Part shown: one piece after another, positions 21,107 to 29,220 of the stretch | How positions within the stretch are numbered: position 1 is the stretch's first letter | How the letters are laid out: each line of letters begins with the position of its first letter | Assembly: GCA_001818495.1 (NCBI GenBank) | Contig: MHKS01000005.1 | Coordinates: 81,326-114,187 of the forward strand | Direction: 5' to 3' | Source of the DNA: Candidatus Komeilibacteria bacterium RIFOXYD1_FULL_37_29 | Lineage (GTDB): Bacteria > Patescibacteriota > Patescibacteriia > UBA1558 > GWA2-36-10 | DNA length: 32,862 nucleotides | Program-made: the position numbers and the translations under genes | The notes under the pieces: model-generated | What the model was told of the DNA's origin: nothing | Database searches by the model: none | The model's input: the letters and a program-made list of their open reading frames with translations, nothing else

Positions 21107-22817
21107 AATCTTTTACTTCAATGAATATTTCAGCTATTGAAGTGACTCCTTCTAGTCCTTTAAGTAGGGCGTCTTGAAACATAGTCAACATGCCGTCAGC
21201 CACAGCTATTTTTTCTAACTCGTATTCAGAGGCTTTCCCAGATAAAATTATTTTTTCAATCGCCGGACTCATCAGGAGGACTTCATAAATACCAGTTCGT
21301 CCTTTAAAGCCAATACCCTGACATTTATCGCAACCTTTGGCCGTATAAAATTTGAGATTATTTAAATCGGGTTTATAACCAGATTTAGGACTGATTTCAT
21401 TTAGGGCATTTAAAATGATCGTCATCGTAGCGTTGTCTATTTTAGTGTCTTCTATTTTACAATGTGGGCATAATTTTCTGACCAATCTTTGACCGATAAT
21501 AGCATTTAAGGCTGGGGCTAGCAAAAACGGTTGGACACCCATGGCCAAAAGTCTAGGAATGGTAGCCGCCGAGGAGTTGGTATGGAGAGTAGATAGCATC
21601 AAGTGACCGGTCAAAGCGGCATTAATGGCTGTTTCGGCTGTTTCTAGGTCACGAATTTCACCAACCATGACTATATCGGGGTCTTGGCGCAGTATTGCTC
21701 GTAGTCCGCGACCAAAGGTATAGGTAGCTCTTTTTTTTATTTCTCCAGCTTTGACATCTTCATCATTGGCATCGGCATTGTCTATTTGACTTTGGACTAT
21801 ACCAGGTAGTTTGTATTCAATCGGATCTTCCAAAGTAATAATTTTTGTATCGGGGTCATTGAGCTTATTTAAGATGGCATAAAGAGTGGTGGTTTTTCCT
21901 GATCCAGTTGGACCAGTGGTAATAATCATGCCATTGGGCTTTTTCATTTCATCGCTCAAGACATTGAAAGATTTTCCTTTGAAACCTAGTTTCTCAAATT
22001 CTAATCCAACAGAGGAGGCTTTGAGTAAACGCATGACAATGCTTTCACCATAAGCCGAAGGGATAGAAGAAACGCGAACCTCTACTTTGTCTTGGCTAAG
22101 ATGTATCGTAAATCGGCCGTCTTGTGGTTTGTTGCCAATATTTAATTTTAGACCAGCTAGCAATTTGATACGGGAATTGATTTTGGGCCAAGCTTCTTGT
22201 TTGAGACTGGCTACATCATGGAGCACTCCATCCACCCGCAGACGAAGTTTGACCATATTTTCTTCAACTTCAATATGGATATCAGAGGCATTAAATTTTA
22301 AAGCGGCCGCGATGACTATATTGATGGTTTCGGTCAGATCAACTGTTTGGATAAGCTTGTTGAGATCTTCAATAGTGTTTAATTTTTTATCAAACTTATC
22401 AATGTCTTCAGCGGAGATATTGATACCCTCCATTTGTATGATTTGCGGTATTTTTTTGTAAATGGCGTAAGCGGTATCAAAACTAGCTTCGGACAGTAGA
22501 TAAATTTTTATTCGAGCGTGATATTTTTGGGCTAACTCTTTGGACAGATTGACCACCTGAGGGTTGTTGGGGTTCAGTGATCCGAGCCGCATTTCATCAC
22601 CAGTGTATAAAAAACAGACGGTTTGCAAAGCTTCCGCTTGCTCCGGGACAATTATTTTTAGAGCTTCTTGGGAGATGGGAAATTTTTCTAGATTGATGTA
22701 TGGTACGCCAATGGTATCAGCTTGAAGCTGAGTTCGTTTTTCTTTTTCTTTGAGTTCTATTTCGGACAATTTGTGGCTGAGTTTTTCCTCTCGCTCATCT
22801 CTTGATAGATCGGCCAT
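21105..22817 (-). CDS. pilB: Type IV pilus / type II secretion assembly ATPase (GspE/PilB family)
   Basis: 570 aa. N-terminal T2SSE_N-like domain, Walker A GPTGSGKTTTLYA, Asp box, Walker B IVMVGEIRD, His box TGHLMLSTLHTN and a tetracysteine motif CPHC...CDKC. Confidence 0.9.
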   Translation of the reverse strand: MADLSRDEREEKLSHKLSEIELKEKEKRTQLQADTIGVPYINLEKFPISQEALKIIVPEQAEALQTVCFLYTGDEMRLGSLNPNNPQVVNLSKELAQKYHARIKIYLLSEASFDTAYAIYKKIPQIIQMEGINISAEDIDKFDKKLNTIEDLNKLIQTVDLTETINIVIAAALKFNASDIHIEVEENMVKLRLRVDGVLHDVASLKQEAWPKINSRIKLLAGLKLNIGNKPQDGRFTIHLSQDKVEVRVSSIPSAYGESIVMRLLKASSVGLEFEKLGFKGKSFNVLSDEMKKPNGMIITTGPTGSGKTTTLYAILNKLNDPDTKIITLEDPIEYKLPGIVQSQIDNADANDEDVKAGEIKKRATYTFGRGLRAILRQDPDIVMVGEIRDLETAETAINAALTGHLMLSTLHTNSSAATIPRLLAMGVQPFLLAPALNAIIGQRLVRKLCPHCKIEDTKIDNATMTIILNALNEISPKSGYKPDLNNLKFYTAKGCDKCQGIGFKGRTGIYEVLLMSPAIEKIILSGKASEYELEKIAVADGMLTMFQDALLKGLEGVTSIAEIFIEVKD

Positions 22818-22848
22818 ATTTTTCTTTAAAATTTAATAACTATAGATA

Positions 22849-22878
22849 ATTATACTTTATAGCTACTGACTAAGTCAA
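22849..22878 (-). promoter_or_regulatory. Promoter TTGACT-18-TATAAT for pilB, with the -35 inside the palindrome TGACT-t-AGTCA
   Basis: The minus strand reads TTGACT (22878-22873) tagtcagtagctataaag TATAAT (22854-22849). Confidence 0.6.
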
Positions 22879-22891
22879 TTTGCTAGCAAAT

Positions 22892-22921
22892 AAAAAACCG
22901 TTTCTTAAGAAACGGTTTTTT
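22892..22921. terminator. Rho-independent terminator that is symmetric and therefore bidirectional
   Basis: AAAAAA-CCGTTTC-ttaa-GAAACGG-TTTTTT, directly downstream of the 22929-23888 gene on the minus strand. Confidence 0.8.
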
Positions 22922-22928
22922 AAATAGT

Positions 22929-23888
22929 TTATTTAACTAATCCAGGTAAATGTTTGTGCGCTAGGCGGTAAATCTTACTGTGGCTTTGGCCAGGGGCAAT
23001 CAAATCCAAAAAAATTGTTGCCCAGACCACATTGTAAAAAGCGCTGTAAACAGACGTGCCAACGATAAATACTACAGCCATTAAGAAAAAAGAAATTACC
23101 AAGAACATGAAGGCTAACATTGGTAAAGCGCTGGCGATGATAATAAATGGCACAAAGATAAAGACCAAAGAACTAATAATAGCTAGCATAGCTACAAAGG
23201 TTACTAAGACTAAAAATATAGCATTTTCCAAAGTGATCATCCAATTTACTTTAAAGAGTAGCCAGCTGTTTACAAAAGCTTGAGTAAAGCTTTGATTTTT
23301 TATGACCACATAAGCTATGCCATATCTAGTGACAAAGGAAATAACTACTATTAGGGGGATGATGATAAAGAAAACAAAAATTCCTAGTATTAGATAAATG
23401 GGCCAATCATTGGTGTTGGATATAAAATAGATCATCGGTGTTAGCACCAAAGCTACAAAAAAGTAACCCAAAAGAGAATTGATAATATTTAGACCAAAGA
23501 CCGGCCAAAATTTATCCACGCCTCTTTTTAATTGATTAAGTAAAGATTCTTTGACGTATTTTTGATTTTTAAAAGTAGCCACATAGGTCAGAGCTGCTTG
23601 GGAAGAAATTGCCATGATGGTAATAATAGAGAAAAATATAAATATACCCAAGAGGGCCAAAATATCTGGCAGATCAGCCCAGCTCATAGTAGCAGTAGAA
23701 AAAGTAGTAAAGATGTCTATCCAAGATTTTATATTAGAGCTGATAAAATCCGGAAAGTTATCAGAGAAATTAAACACGGCCTTTACCTCATAAAAGCCTA
23801 GAAGTGATGCAAATAGTCCGAAGAACCAGATAGTAGGGTTTCTTTTGACCAGTTGCCAAGCCAATGGGTAAACTTTTCTGTAAAACAT
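22929..23888 (-). CDS. Hypothetical polytopic membrane protein (6-7 TM)
   Basis: 319 aa, strongly hydrophobic throughout (IWFFGLFASLLGF, LLGIFIFFSIITIMAI, FFVALVLTPMIYF, LILGIFVFFIIIPLIVVISF, and others). I recognised no catalytic motif. Confidence 0.65.
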   Translation of the reverse strand: MFYRKVYPLAWQLVKRNPTIWFFGLFASLLGFYEVKAVFNFSDNFPDFISSNIKSWIDIFTTFSTATMSWADLPDILALLGIFIFFSIITIMAISSQAALTYVATFKNQKYVKESLLNQLKRGVDKFWPVFGLNIINSLLGYFFVALVLTPMIYFISNTNDWPIYLILGIFVFFIIIPLIVVISFVTRYGIAYVVIKNQSFTQAFVNSWLLFKVNWMITLENAIFLVLVTFVAMLAIISSLVFIFVPFIIIASALPMLAFMFLVISFFLMAVVFIVGTSVYSAFYNVVWATIFLDLIAPGQSHSKIYRLAHKHLPGLVK

Positions 23889-23986
23889 AATTTTATTTTA
23901 ATTTATTTTTTTATTTTCTAACTGCCTATATTATACAATAAAATCGTCAAAAAAACAAAAGGTCTTAGTGGGTAGGGATTTTATGA

Positions 23987-24015
23987 TTGACTTTTAGTCT
24001 TTTTTGTGCTATATT
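23987..24015 (+). promoter_or_regulatory. Promoter TTGACT-17-TATATT for the 24063 ORF
   Basis: TTGACT (23987-23992) tttagtcttttttgtgc TATATT (24010-24015). Confidence 0.6.
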
Positions 24016-24062
24016 ATCTAATTATTTGTACTATTCATTTCATATAGTAAAGGAGTGTTGGT

Positions 24063-24371
24063 ATGGAAGGATTCATTGATTTTTGTCAGAAGTATCCGGC
24101 CGTGGTAGTTATTCTGGGTTTTTTGGTGGTGATATTTATTATCACCAAAGGAAGAACAGTGGTCTACAATGGCCCCTGGGAAACCAAGCGTGGTAAGGCC
24201 TATACTTACACCGATCGAGCGACTGGCAGTACTTTTCTGTCACCGTCTAGGATCATAGGAGTAAACATGTTGGGTAGCCGCCGCGAAAAATTCGGCAAGC
24301 CTGCCTGGTCATTTTCCATCACCCTATTGTGGGTTGCTGTTATAGGTATTATTATCTGTGCGCTATCATGA
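24063..24371 (+). CDS. Hypothetical small membrane protein (102 aa, 2 TM, basic loop)
   Basis: Strong SD AAGGAG 7 nt before the ATG, its own promoter and terminator, and visibly GC-richer than its neighbours. TM segments are AVVVILGFLVVIFIIT and FSITLLWVAVIGIIICAL. The loop is rich in R/K/G/T. Confidence 0.65.
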   Translation: MEGFIDFCQKYPAVVVILGFLVVIFIITKGRTVVYNGPWETKRGKAYTYTDRATGSTFLSPSRIIGVNMLGSRREKFGKPAWSFSITLLWVAVIGIIICALS

Positions 24372-24394
24372 TAGGATCAAAGACACTATTTTTT

Positions 24395-24421
24395 AAAAAC
24401 CTCCCCGTTGGGAGGTTTTTC
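24395..24421. terminator. Bidirectional rho-independent terminator
   Basis: AAAAACCTCCC-cgtt-GGGAGGTTTTT lies between the convergent 24063-24371 and 24429-24932 genes. Confidence 0.8.
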
Positions 24422-24428
24422 GTTTGGT

Positions 24429-24932
24429 TTATTTTTTTAGATAGTGTCGATAATAACCCAGTAGATTACTAAAGAGAAATACTCCTTCTAAAACAGCGCC
24501 CAGCGGGGAAAAGATTATGACATTATAAGACATAATAATAAATGTACCGAGCATCATTATTTTTCGCATCAATTTATCATCTTTTTGAAAATTACCAGTT
24601 ATAAATACTGCCGAGCCTATATAGACTATAAAATCCGTCAGAGCCCGATAAGTAAAAAATAACGATAGAGTGTTTAAGCCAATAAATATTAGTAAATATT
24701 TTTTGTTTGGTTTAAAGTAGGAAACGATAAATCTAGCCACTGATATAAAGGTGATGACACCAGCGGCTGTTTTATTTAATAAAAAATAATGTGTACTGAT
24801 TAAACTAGCTGAGATGGCAAAACAGGTAAAAGTATATTGTCTTTTTTTAAACTGAAAACTTAAAAAATCAAAAACCATGGCAATCAAGACAGCGATTTGG
24901 GAGAGTACAAAAGCTAGTGTTAATATGGGCAT
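24429..24932 (-). CDS. YgjV-family inner membrane protein (tentative call)
   Basis: 167 aa, 5 TM. The N-terminal LSQIAVLIAMVFDFLSFQFKKRQ pattern, followed by HYFLLNKTAAGVI, resembles my recollection of the YgjV family (l.i.sfq.k.r......a.hf.llg..tga). Confidence 0.5.
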   Translation of the reverse strand: MPILTLAFVLSQIAVLIAMVFDFLSFQFKKRQYTFTCFAISASLISTHYFLLNKTAAGVITFISVARFIVSYFKPNKKYLLIFIGLNTLSLFFTYRALTDFIVYIGSAVFITGNFQKDDKLMRKIMMLGTFIIMSYNVIIFSPLGAVLEGVFLFSNLLGYYRHYLKK

Positions 24933-24937
24933 GTATT

Positions 24938-25462
24938 TTATAACAATTTTAAGTGATCCAAGCCTAGATAGCCGGATTCTATATCAGTTAACTGGCCGTT
25001 TCGTAAATGTTTTTTAAAATCTTCTAAAGGCACTTCCACTGTTTCGATAAACTCAGTGGCGTCTAATTTTTGTTCTTGTATTTTGTGACAATTGGTAGCA
25101 ATAAAATTATACCTCAGCATAGTAGAATAAGCGCAATCCCAGCTTTTACCAACAAATTTGAAATCACCAGTATAGCCTGTTTCTTCCAGAAATTCTCTTT
25201 TGGCAGCTTGCTTGGGTGTTTCATTTTTATCAATTACGCCACCAGGCAACTCTAGTAGTATCTTCTCTGGTCCGGGCCTAAACTGTTTAGTCAAAACAAC
25301 TTGATTGTTTTTAGTCAGTGCCAAAACACAAACCACTGGGCCCTCATGTTTAATGTCAAAAATAGCTGTTTTATTATCAGGTAATTGAAAAGTCTTTTTT
25401 ATTAATTTTCTAAAGCCAGCTGTAAAGGGCTTTTCTTTAATTTTCTTCCATTGTTTGATCAT
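24938..25462 (-). CDS. NUDIX hydrolase (ADP-ribose pyrophosphatase-like)
   Basis: Complete Nudix box GGVIDKNETPKQAAKREFLEETGY (GX5EX7REUXEEXGU). Confidence 0.85.
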   Translation of the reverse strand: MIKQWKKIKEKPFTAGFRKLIKKTFQLPDNKTAIFDIKHEGPVVCVLALTKNNQVVLTKQFRPGPEKILLELPGGVIDKNETPKQAAKREFLEETGYTGDFKFVGKSWDCAYSTMLRYNFIATNCHKIQEQKLDATEFIETVEVPLEDFKKHLRNGQLTDIESGYLGLDHLKLL

Positions 25463-25510
25463 AATTTATTCATTATTATTTAAATTTTAGCTAATAATAA
25501 GAAATAAATC

Positions 25511-25538
25511 AAAAATCTACCTATTTAGGTAGATTTTA
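25511..25538 (-). terminator. Rho-independent terminator downstream of the 25551-25958 gene
   Basis: The minus strand reads AAAATCTACCT-aaat-AGGTAGATTTTTGATTT. The stem is 8 bp. Confidence 0.7.
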
Positions 25539-25550
25539 GTGTTTTAAATT

Positions 25551-25958
25551 TTAATCTTTTGGTTTAAGAGAGGAGTGATGGTGAATTATTTTCCACTGGC
25601 CAGTTTCATTTTTTTGCCAGACAAAGGAAAATCTAGCCTCAACCGTTTGTCTATCATCCTTTCCGCCGACACTAAAGTTGTACAGACCGGAGTGGATATA
25701 AGAGTCATCACCAATAGGTTGATACTCACCTTCAATAATTTCACCTTCTGGTTTTTTTTCTAAGAAATGTTTAAAGTATTCTTCAGCGTCCTCTTGGCTT
25801 GTTTTAAATTCTTTAGACATGGTTGGTAAAAAAGTCACAGCTCGATCATAAAGGGCAGCTACTTCTTCAGCTTGACCGGATTTTAGAGCATCGTTCCAAA
25901 GATTGAAATTGGTTTGAGCCAATTCTTGTCCATTTTCTGGTTTTTTGATTTGTTCCAT
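25551..25958 (-). CDS. NTF2-fold protein (SgcJ/EcaC / DUF4440 / CaMKII-association-domain-like)
   Basis: 135 aa. WNDALKSGQAEEVAALYDRAVTFLPT...RFSFVWQKNETGQWKIIHHHSS is the typical start and end pattern of this fold family. Confidence 0.6.
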   Translation of the reverse strand: MEQIKKPENGQELAQTNFNLWNDALKSGQAEEVAALYDRAVTFLPTMSKEFKTSQEDAEEYFKHFLEKKPEGEIIEGEYQPIGDDSYIHSGLYNFSVGGKDDRQTVEARFSFVWQKNETGQWKIIHHHSSLKPKD

Positions 25959-26060
25959 GTTAGTAAGATTATTAATATTACTTTGTAAGTATAATACTTG
26001 ATTGGTGAAGGAGTGTAAAGGAATAAAATTATTATTTTTTTGAAATTGTTTTAATTTGAC

Positions 26061-26089
26061 TTGACAGAATAGTTTTTATATGTTATTAT
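26061..26089 (+). promoter_or_regulatory. Promoter TTGACA-17-TATTAT for the 26139 ORF
   Basis: TTGACA (26061-26066) gaatagtttttatatgt TATTAT (26084-26089). It is preceded by an overlapping second TTGACT. Confidence 0.6.
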
Positions 26090-26138
26090 ACAGTGTTGTT
26101 AATTTTGATGTTAAAGGTATAAAGTAGGAGGTATTAAA

Positions 26139-26498
26139 ATGAAGCAAGCGTTCTTTTCAGTGATTGTGGTTACAATAGTAGGTGCCGGCTTAGGGCATCT
26201 CGCAAAGCTCAGGGGCTTGGGCGAATCAACATCGTGGTGGCTCTTGGGAGGCGCGACATTGTGCCTTTGTCTGGCAGTATTAAATAAGTTTTCCGACATG
26301 GAGGGAGATTTCGAGGAAAGAACGGCAAAAGCGATGGCCTATCTTGGTTTCGCTGGAGTTTGTCTGTCGGCTGCTGCTTTTAGTCTTATGTGGTTTCAAG
26401 ATGTTGGGCCATTCAAGTTCGCAGGGACGGTCACTGTCTATGTCCTTGCAATCGTGGCGTCATTGTATCATTTCAAGGAGGTTTTTCTAGAAAAATAA
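26139..26498 (+). CDS. Hypothetical small membrane protein (119 aa, about 4 TM) in a GC-rich cassette
   Basis: Strong SD AGGAGG 7 nt before the ATG. This is clearly the GC-richest coding stretch in the window. It has its own promoter and terminator. TM segments are FFSVIVVTIVGAGLGHLA, WWLLGGATLCLCLAVL, YLGFAGVCLSAAAFSLMWF and AGTVTVYVLAIVASLY. Confidence 0.65.
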   Translation: MKQAFFSVIVVTIVGAGLGHLAKLRGLGESTSWWLLGGATLCLCLAVLNKFSDMEGDFEERTAKAMAYLGFAGVCLSAAAFSLMWFQDVGPFKFAGTVTVYVLAIVASLYHFKEVFLEK

Positions 26499-26522
26499 TA
26501 GGAATAAATTTCCGCAGAATAG

Positions 26523-26557
26523 ACCGTATGGTAAATCATTGCCATGCGGTTTTTTTG
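26523..26557 (+). terminator. Rho-independent terminator of the 26139 cassette
   Basis: ACCGTATGG-taaatcattg-CCATGCGGT (one G-T pair) followed by TTTTTTT. Confidence 0.7.
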
Positions 26558-26584
26558 ACTTATAAAATTATTGTAATTTAGTAA

Positions 26585-26845
26585 TTATTTCAGTTTTAGC
26601 CACCAATTTTTAAAAAATGGCACCGTCAGTGTAGACAAAATAAAAGCAAAAGCAGGGATGATAGCGTTAATGAAAGGTTTTGGTAATCCAGCAAAATAGA
26701 AAAACACCACAATGACAATGTAGGTTAAAATAGATATAACGATTTTTCTAGTCCAGCTTGTTTCCCACGCTTTATCTGCTTCAACGCGCTGGTTTCGTTT
26801 TTTTATTTCTTCGATTTCAAGTTGTAATTCTTCAATGGTTGCCAT
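26585..26845 (-). CDS. Hypothetical small membrane protein (N-terminal coiled coil plus 2 TM)
   Basis: 86 aa. EELQLEIEEIKKRNQRVEADKAWETSWTRK is followed by two hydrophobic helices. I have seen this pattern in uncharacterised small proteins, and the function is unknown. Confidence 0.6.
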   Translation of the reverse strand: MATIEELQLEIEEIKKRNQRVEADKAWETSWTRKIVISILTYIVIVVFFYFAGLPKPFINAIIPAFAFILSTLTVPFFKNWWLKLK

Positions 26846-26928
26846 AGGGGGTTTATATTAAAGGCATAAATTTATTTCGTTCAATGTTTCGGCGTATACG
26901 ACTATACTCGTATGGCGAGTAGGCGTTA

Positions 26929-27207
26929 TTAAGTGATGTTGGACTTGGATTCTTTGTACTTAAAATAAACAAGCAACACACTCAAGCTTGCAAATAATTT
27001 GATGATGTTCCCGATAATGAGGGGCAGGCTTTCAATTTTAATTCCGTAGAATAACCACATCATGCCGATTGTTAAAATCATCACATATGTCCACAGAGAT
27101 ACGCTCTTAGCCTGCTTAAGTTTGATAATCTTCTTGGCTTGTAATAATGGATTAAGTTCCAATAATGTTGAAGTAGTTAACATTATTTCGAGTAGTCCTA
27201 TTTTCAT
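26929..27207 (-). CDS. SemiSWEET / PQ-loop family sugar transporter (3 TM)
   Basis: SVSLWTYVMILTIGMMWLFYGIKIESLPLIIGNIIKLFASLSVLLVYFKYK matches the SemiSWEET pattern S.W.y......W..YGi.i.slP.i..N. The PQ position reads NPLLQ. The ORF track extends to 27240; the ATG at 27207 (MKIGLLEIM) gives the usual length of about 90 aa. Confidence 0.65.
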   Translation of the reverse strand: MKIGLLEIMLTTSTLLELNPLLQAKKIIKLKQAKSVSLWTYVMILTIGMMWLFYGIKIESLPLIIGNIIKLFASLSVLLVYFKYKESKSNIT

Positions 27208-27284
27208 AAATTTATTTTTTAAGTTTAAGCGAAAACCCAATTGAAATTGTAGTTAAATTTAACTTATCTGTAAATAGCCATTAT

Positions 27285-27316
27285 AAAAAGCCCACTCGAC
27301 TAGAGCGGGCTTTTTA
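27285..27316 (-). terminator. Rho-independent terminator downstream of ftsH
   Basis: The minus strand reads AAAAAGCCCGCTCT-agtc-GAGTGGGCTTTTTATAAT (one mismatch in the stem). Confidence 0.7.
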
Positions 27317-29122
27317 TTAAGCCAATAATTTATTAAATTCTTCTTTTTCAATGGTTTCTCTTTCTATCAAAACAGCCACGATTTTTTCTATTTTGTCTTT
27401 ATTATCATTAATAGTTTTCTCAGCAGTTTTGAGAGCATTGTGAATATAATTGGATATTTCGGCGTCAATGGTCTCAGCAGTTTTTTCACTGTAGTCGCGT
27501 CTTTCGTGAATTTCTTTACCCAAGAAAATCATTTCTTCTTTTTGGCCAAAAGTACGGGGTCCTAGTTTTTCATCCATACCATATTGAGTAACCATTTTTT
27601 TGGCCATGGCGGTTACTTTTTGTAAATCATTGGAAGCCCCAGTCGTGACTTCTTTGAAAAATATTTTTTCAGCCGCATAGCCACCTAAGAGTACCGCCAT
27701 ATCATCGATAAAGTCAGAGTAGGACTGCATTTTTTTTTCTTCAGTCGGCAAATTAATAGTATAGCCAGCGGCCCTGCCACGAGCGATAATAGAAACCTTA
27801 TGGACCGGATCAGCATGAGGCAAGATATGAGCAATCAAAGCATGACCAGCTTCATGGTAAGCCGTAATTTTCTTTTCACTGGTAGATAAGATATGACTTT
27901 TTCTCTCACGACCCAAAAGCACTCTTTCAATGGAGTTTAAAACCGTTAAGTTATCAATGGTTTTTTTATTTTCCCGAGCAGCGACAATAGCAGCTTCATT
28001 TAAGAGATTGGCCAAGTCAGCGCCAGAAAATCCCGGAGTACGCTGAGCCACTACTTTTAGATCAGCATCTTTTTCCAAAGGTTTTTTCTGAGCGTGGATT
28101 TTGAGTATAGCTTCTCGGTCTTTGATGTCTGGTAAGTCAATCACTACTTGGCGGTCAAAACGACCAGGACGAAGCAGGGCCGGGTCTAGGACATCCGGTC
28201 GGTTGGTCGCGGCTAGAACTATAATATTTGTTTGATTATCAAAGCCGTCCATTTCTACTAGGATTTGGTTGAGAGTCTGTTCTCTTTCGTCATGAGATCC
28301 GCCTAGTCCGGCGCCACGTTGGCGGCCGACAGCATCTATTTCATCGATAAAGATAATACAAGGTGAAGCTTTTTTGGCTTTTTTAAATAAATCACGAACA
28401 CGGCTAGCACCCACACCGACAAACATTTCCACAAATTCTGAACCAGAGATATGGAAAAATGGTACTTTGGCTTCCCCAGATGTAGCGCGAGCCAAAAGAG
28501 TTTTACCAGTACCCGGAGAACCCAAGAGTAAGACACCTTTGGGAATTTTGGCACCCATGGCCACAAATTTTTGCGGGTGTTTCAAAAAGTCTACTATCTC
28601 TTCTAGGTCTTCTTTGGCTTCTTTGGCACCGGCGACATCTTGAAAAGTAACTTTTTGTTTTTGGTCAGCTATTTTGGCACCAGATTGACCAAAGGTCATG
28701 GCTTTAGAATTGACACCTTGCACTTGGCGCATCATAAACCAAATCAGACCAATGATAAATAGAGCGGGGATAACAAAAGGTAAGATAGAGCCCAGTAAGA
28801 ATCCAGAATTTGATTCTTCACCGATAGTTACATCAACTTTGGCTATCTTTTCTGCTGGCACAGCGTAGTTTTTGATAACTTCGCTCAAAGACTCACTAGC
28901 TTCTTTGCGGCTAGACTGCTGGCTTTCGTTTTTTAGTAATATATCTAATTCATCACCTTTTACAGTAATGCTTTTGACTTCTTCATTGTTTATTTCTTCA
29001 ACTAGTTTGGCAATGGATATTTTCTCAATGTTTTGGGCATTTTGGTTAAATAGACCAAAGATGGCCATGATAGCCGCAAAAATGAGAAAAAATATGAGGA
29101 AATTTTTTAAAATATTTTTCAT
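27317..29122 (-). CDS. ftsH: ATP-dependent zinc metalloprotease FtsH
   Basis: Two N-terminal TM helices, Walker [12 protein letters not shown], Walker [13 protein letters not shown] region [20 protein letters not shown] and zinc motif HEAGHA. Confidence 0.97.
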   Translation of the reverse strand: MKNILKNFLIFFLIFAAIMAIFGLFNQNAQNIEKISIAKLVEEINNEEVKSITVKGDELDILLKNESQQSSRKEASESLSEVIKNYAVPAEKIAKVDVTIGEESNSGFLLGSILPFVIPALFIIGLIWFMMRQVQGVNSKAMTFGQSGAKIADQKQKVTFQDVAGAKEAKEDLEEIVDFLKHPQKFVAMGAKIPKGVLLLGSPGTGKTLLARATSGEAKVPFFHISGSEFVEMFVGVGASRVRDLFKKAKKASPCIIFIDEIDAVGRQRGAGLGGSHDEREQTLNQILVEMDGFDNQTNIIVLAATNRPDVLDPALLRPGRFDRQVVIDLPDIKDREAILKIHAQKKPLEKDADLKVVAQRTPGFSGADLANLLNEAAIVAARENKKTIDNLTVLNSIERVLLGRERKSHILSTSEKKITAYHEAGHALIAHILPHADPVHKVSIIARGRAAGYTINLPTEEKKMQSYSDFIDDMAVLLGGYAAEKIFFKEVTTGASNDLQKVTAMAKKMVTQYGMDEKLGPRTFGQKEEMIFLGKEIHERRDYSEKTAETIDAEISNYIHNALKTAEKTINDNKDKIEKIVAVLIERETIEKEEFNKLLA

Positions 29123-29220
29123 ATTAATGATGTTATTTTTTAACCCCGCTAGAGGTTTATGACTAATATTTAGTATATCAAATATCAGAGGATAATTCTA
29201 ACGGGGTAAAATTTATAGTT

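Noticed and set aside
22087-22461. Plus-strand 124-aa ORF inside pilB
   Set aside because: It is antisense to pilB.
23056-23801. Plus-strand ORFs 23056-23283 and 23562-23801 inside the polytopic membrane-protein gene
   Set aside because: They are antisense and Lys-rich, as expected opposite a Phe/Ile-rich membrane protein.
25575-25763. Plus-strand 62-aa ORF preceded by GAGGAG
   Set aside because: The purine motif is only 2 nt from the ATG, which is too close for an SD. The ORF is antisense to the C-terminal half of the NTF2-fold gene, and the motif simply encodes that gene's SSL codons on the other strand.
26111-26581. ORFs 26111-26299 (minus) and 26390-26581 (plus, alternative frame) overlapping the GC-rich cassette
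   Set aside because: The 26139-26498 frame has the SD, promoter, terminator and TM-helix periodicity. The others are by-products of local GC richness, and one of them runs through the terminator.
27062-27244. Plus-strand 60-aa ORF opposite the SemiSWEET gene
   Set aside because: It is antisense and has no signals.
28336-29162. ORFs 28336-28566, 28374-28643 and 28872-29162 inside ftsH
   Set aside because: They are alternative-frame or antisense overlaps of ftsH.
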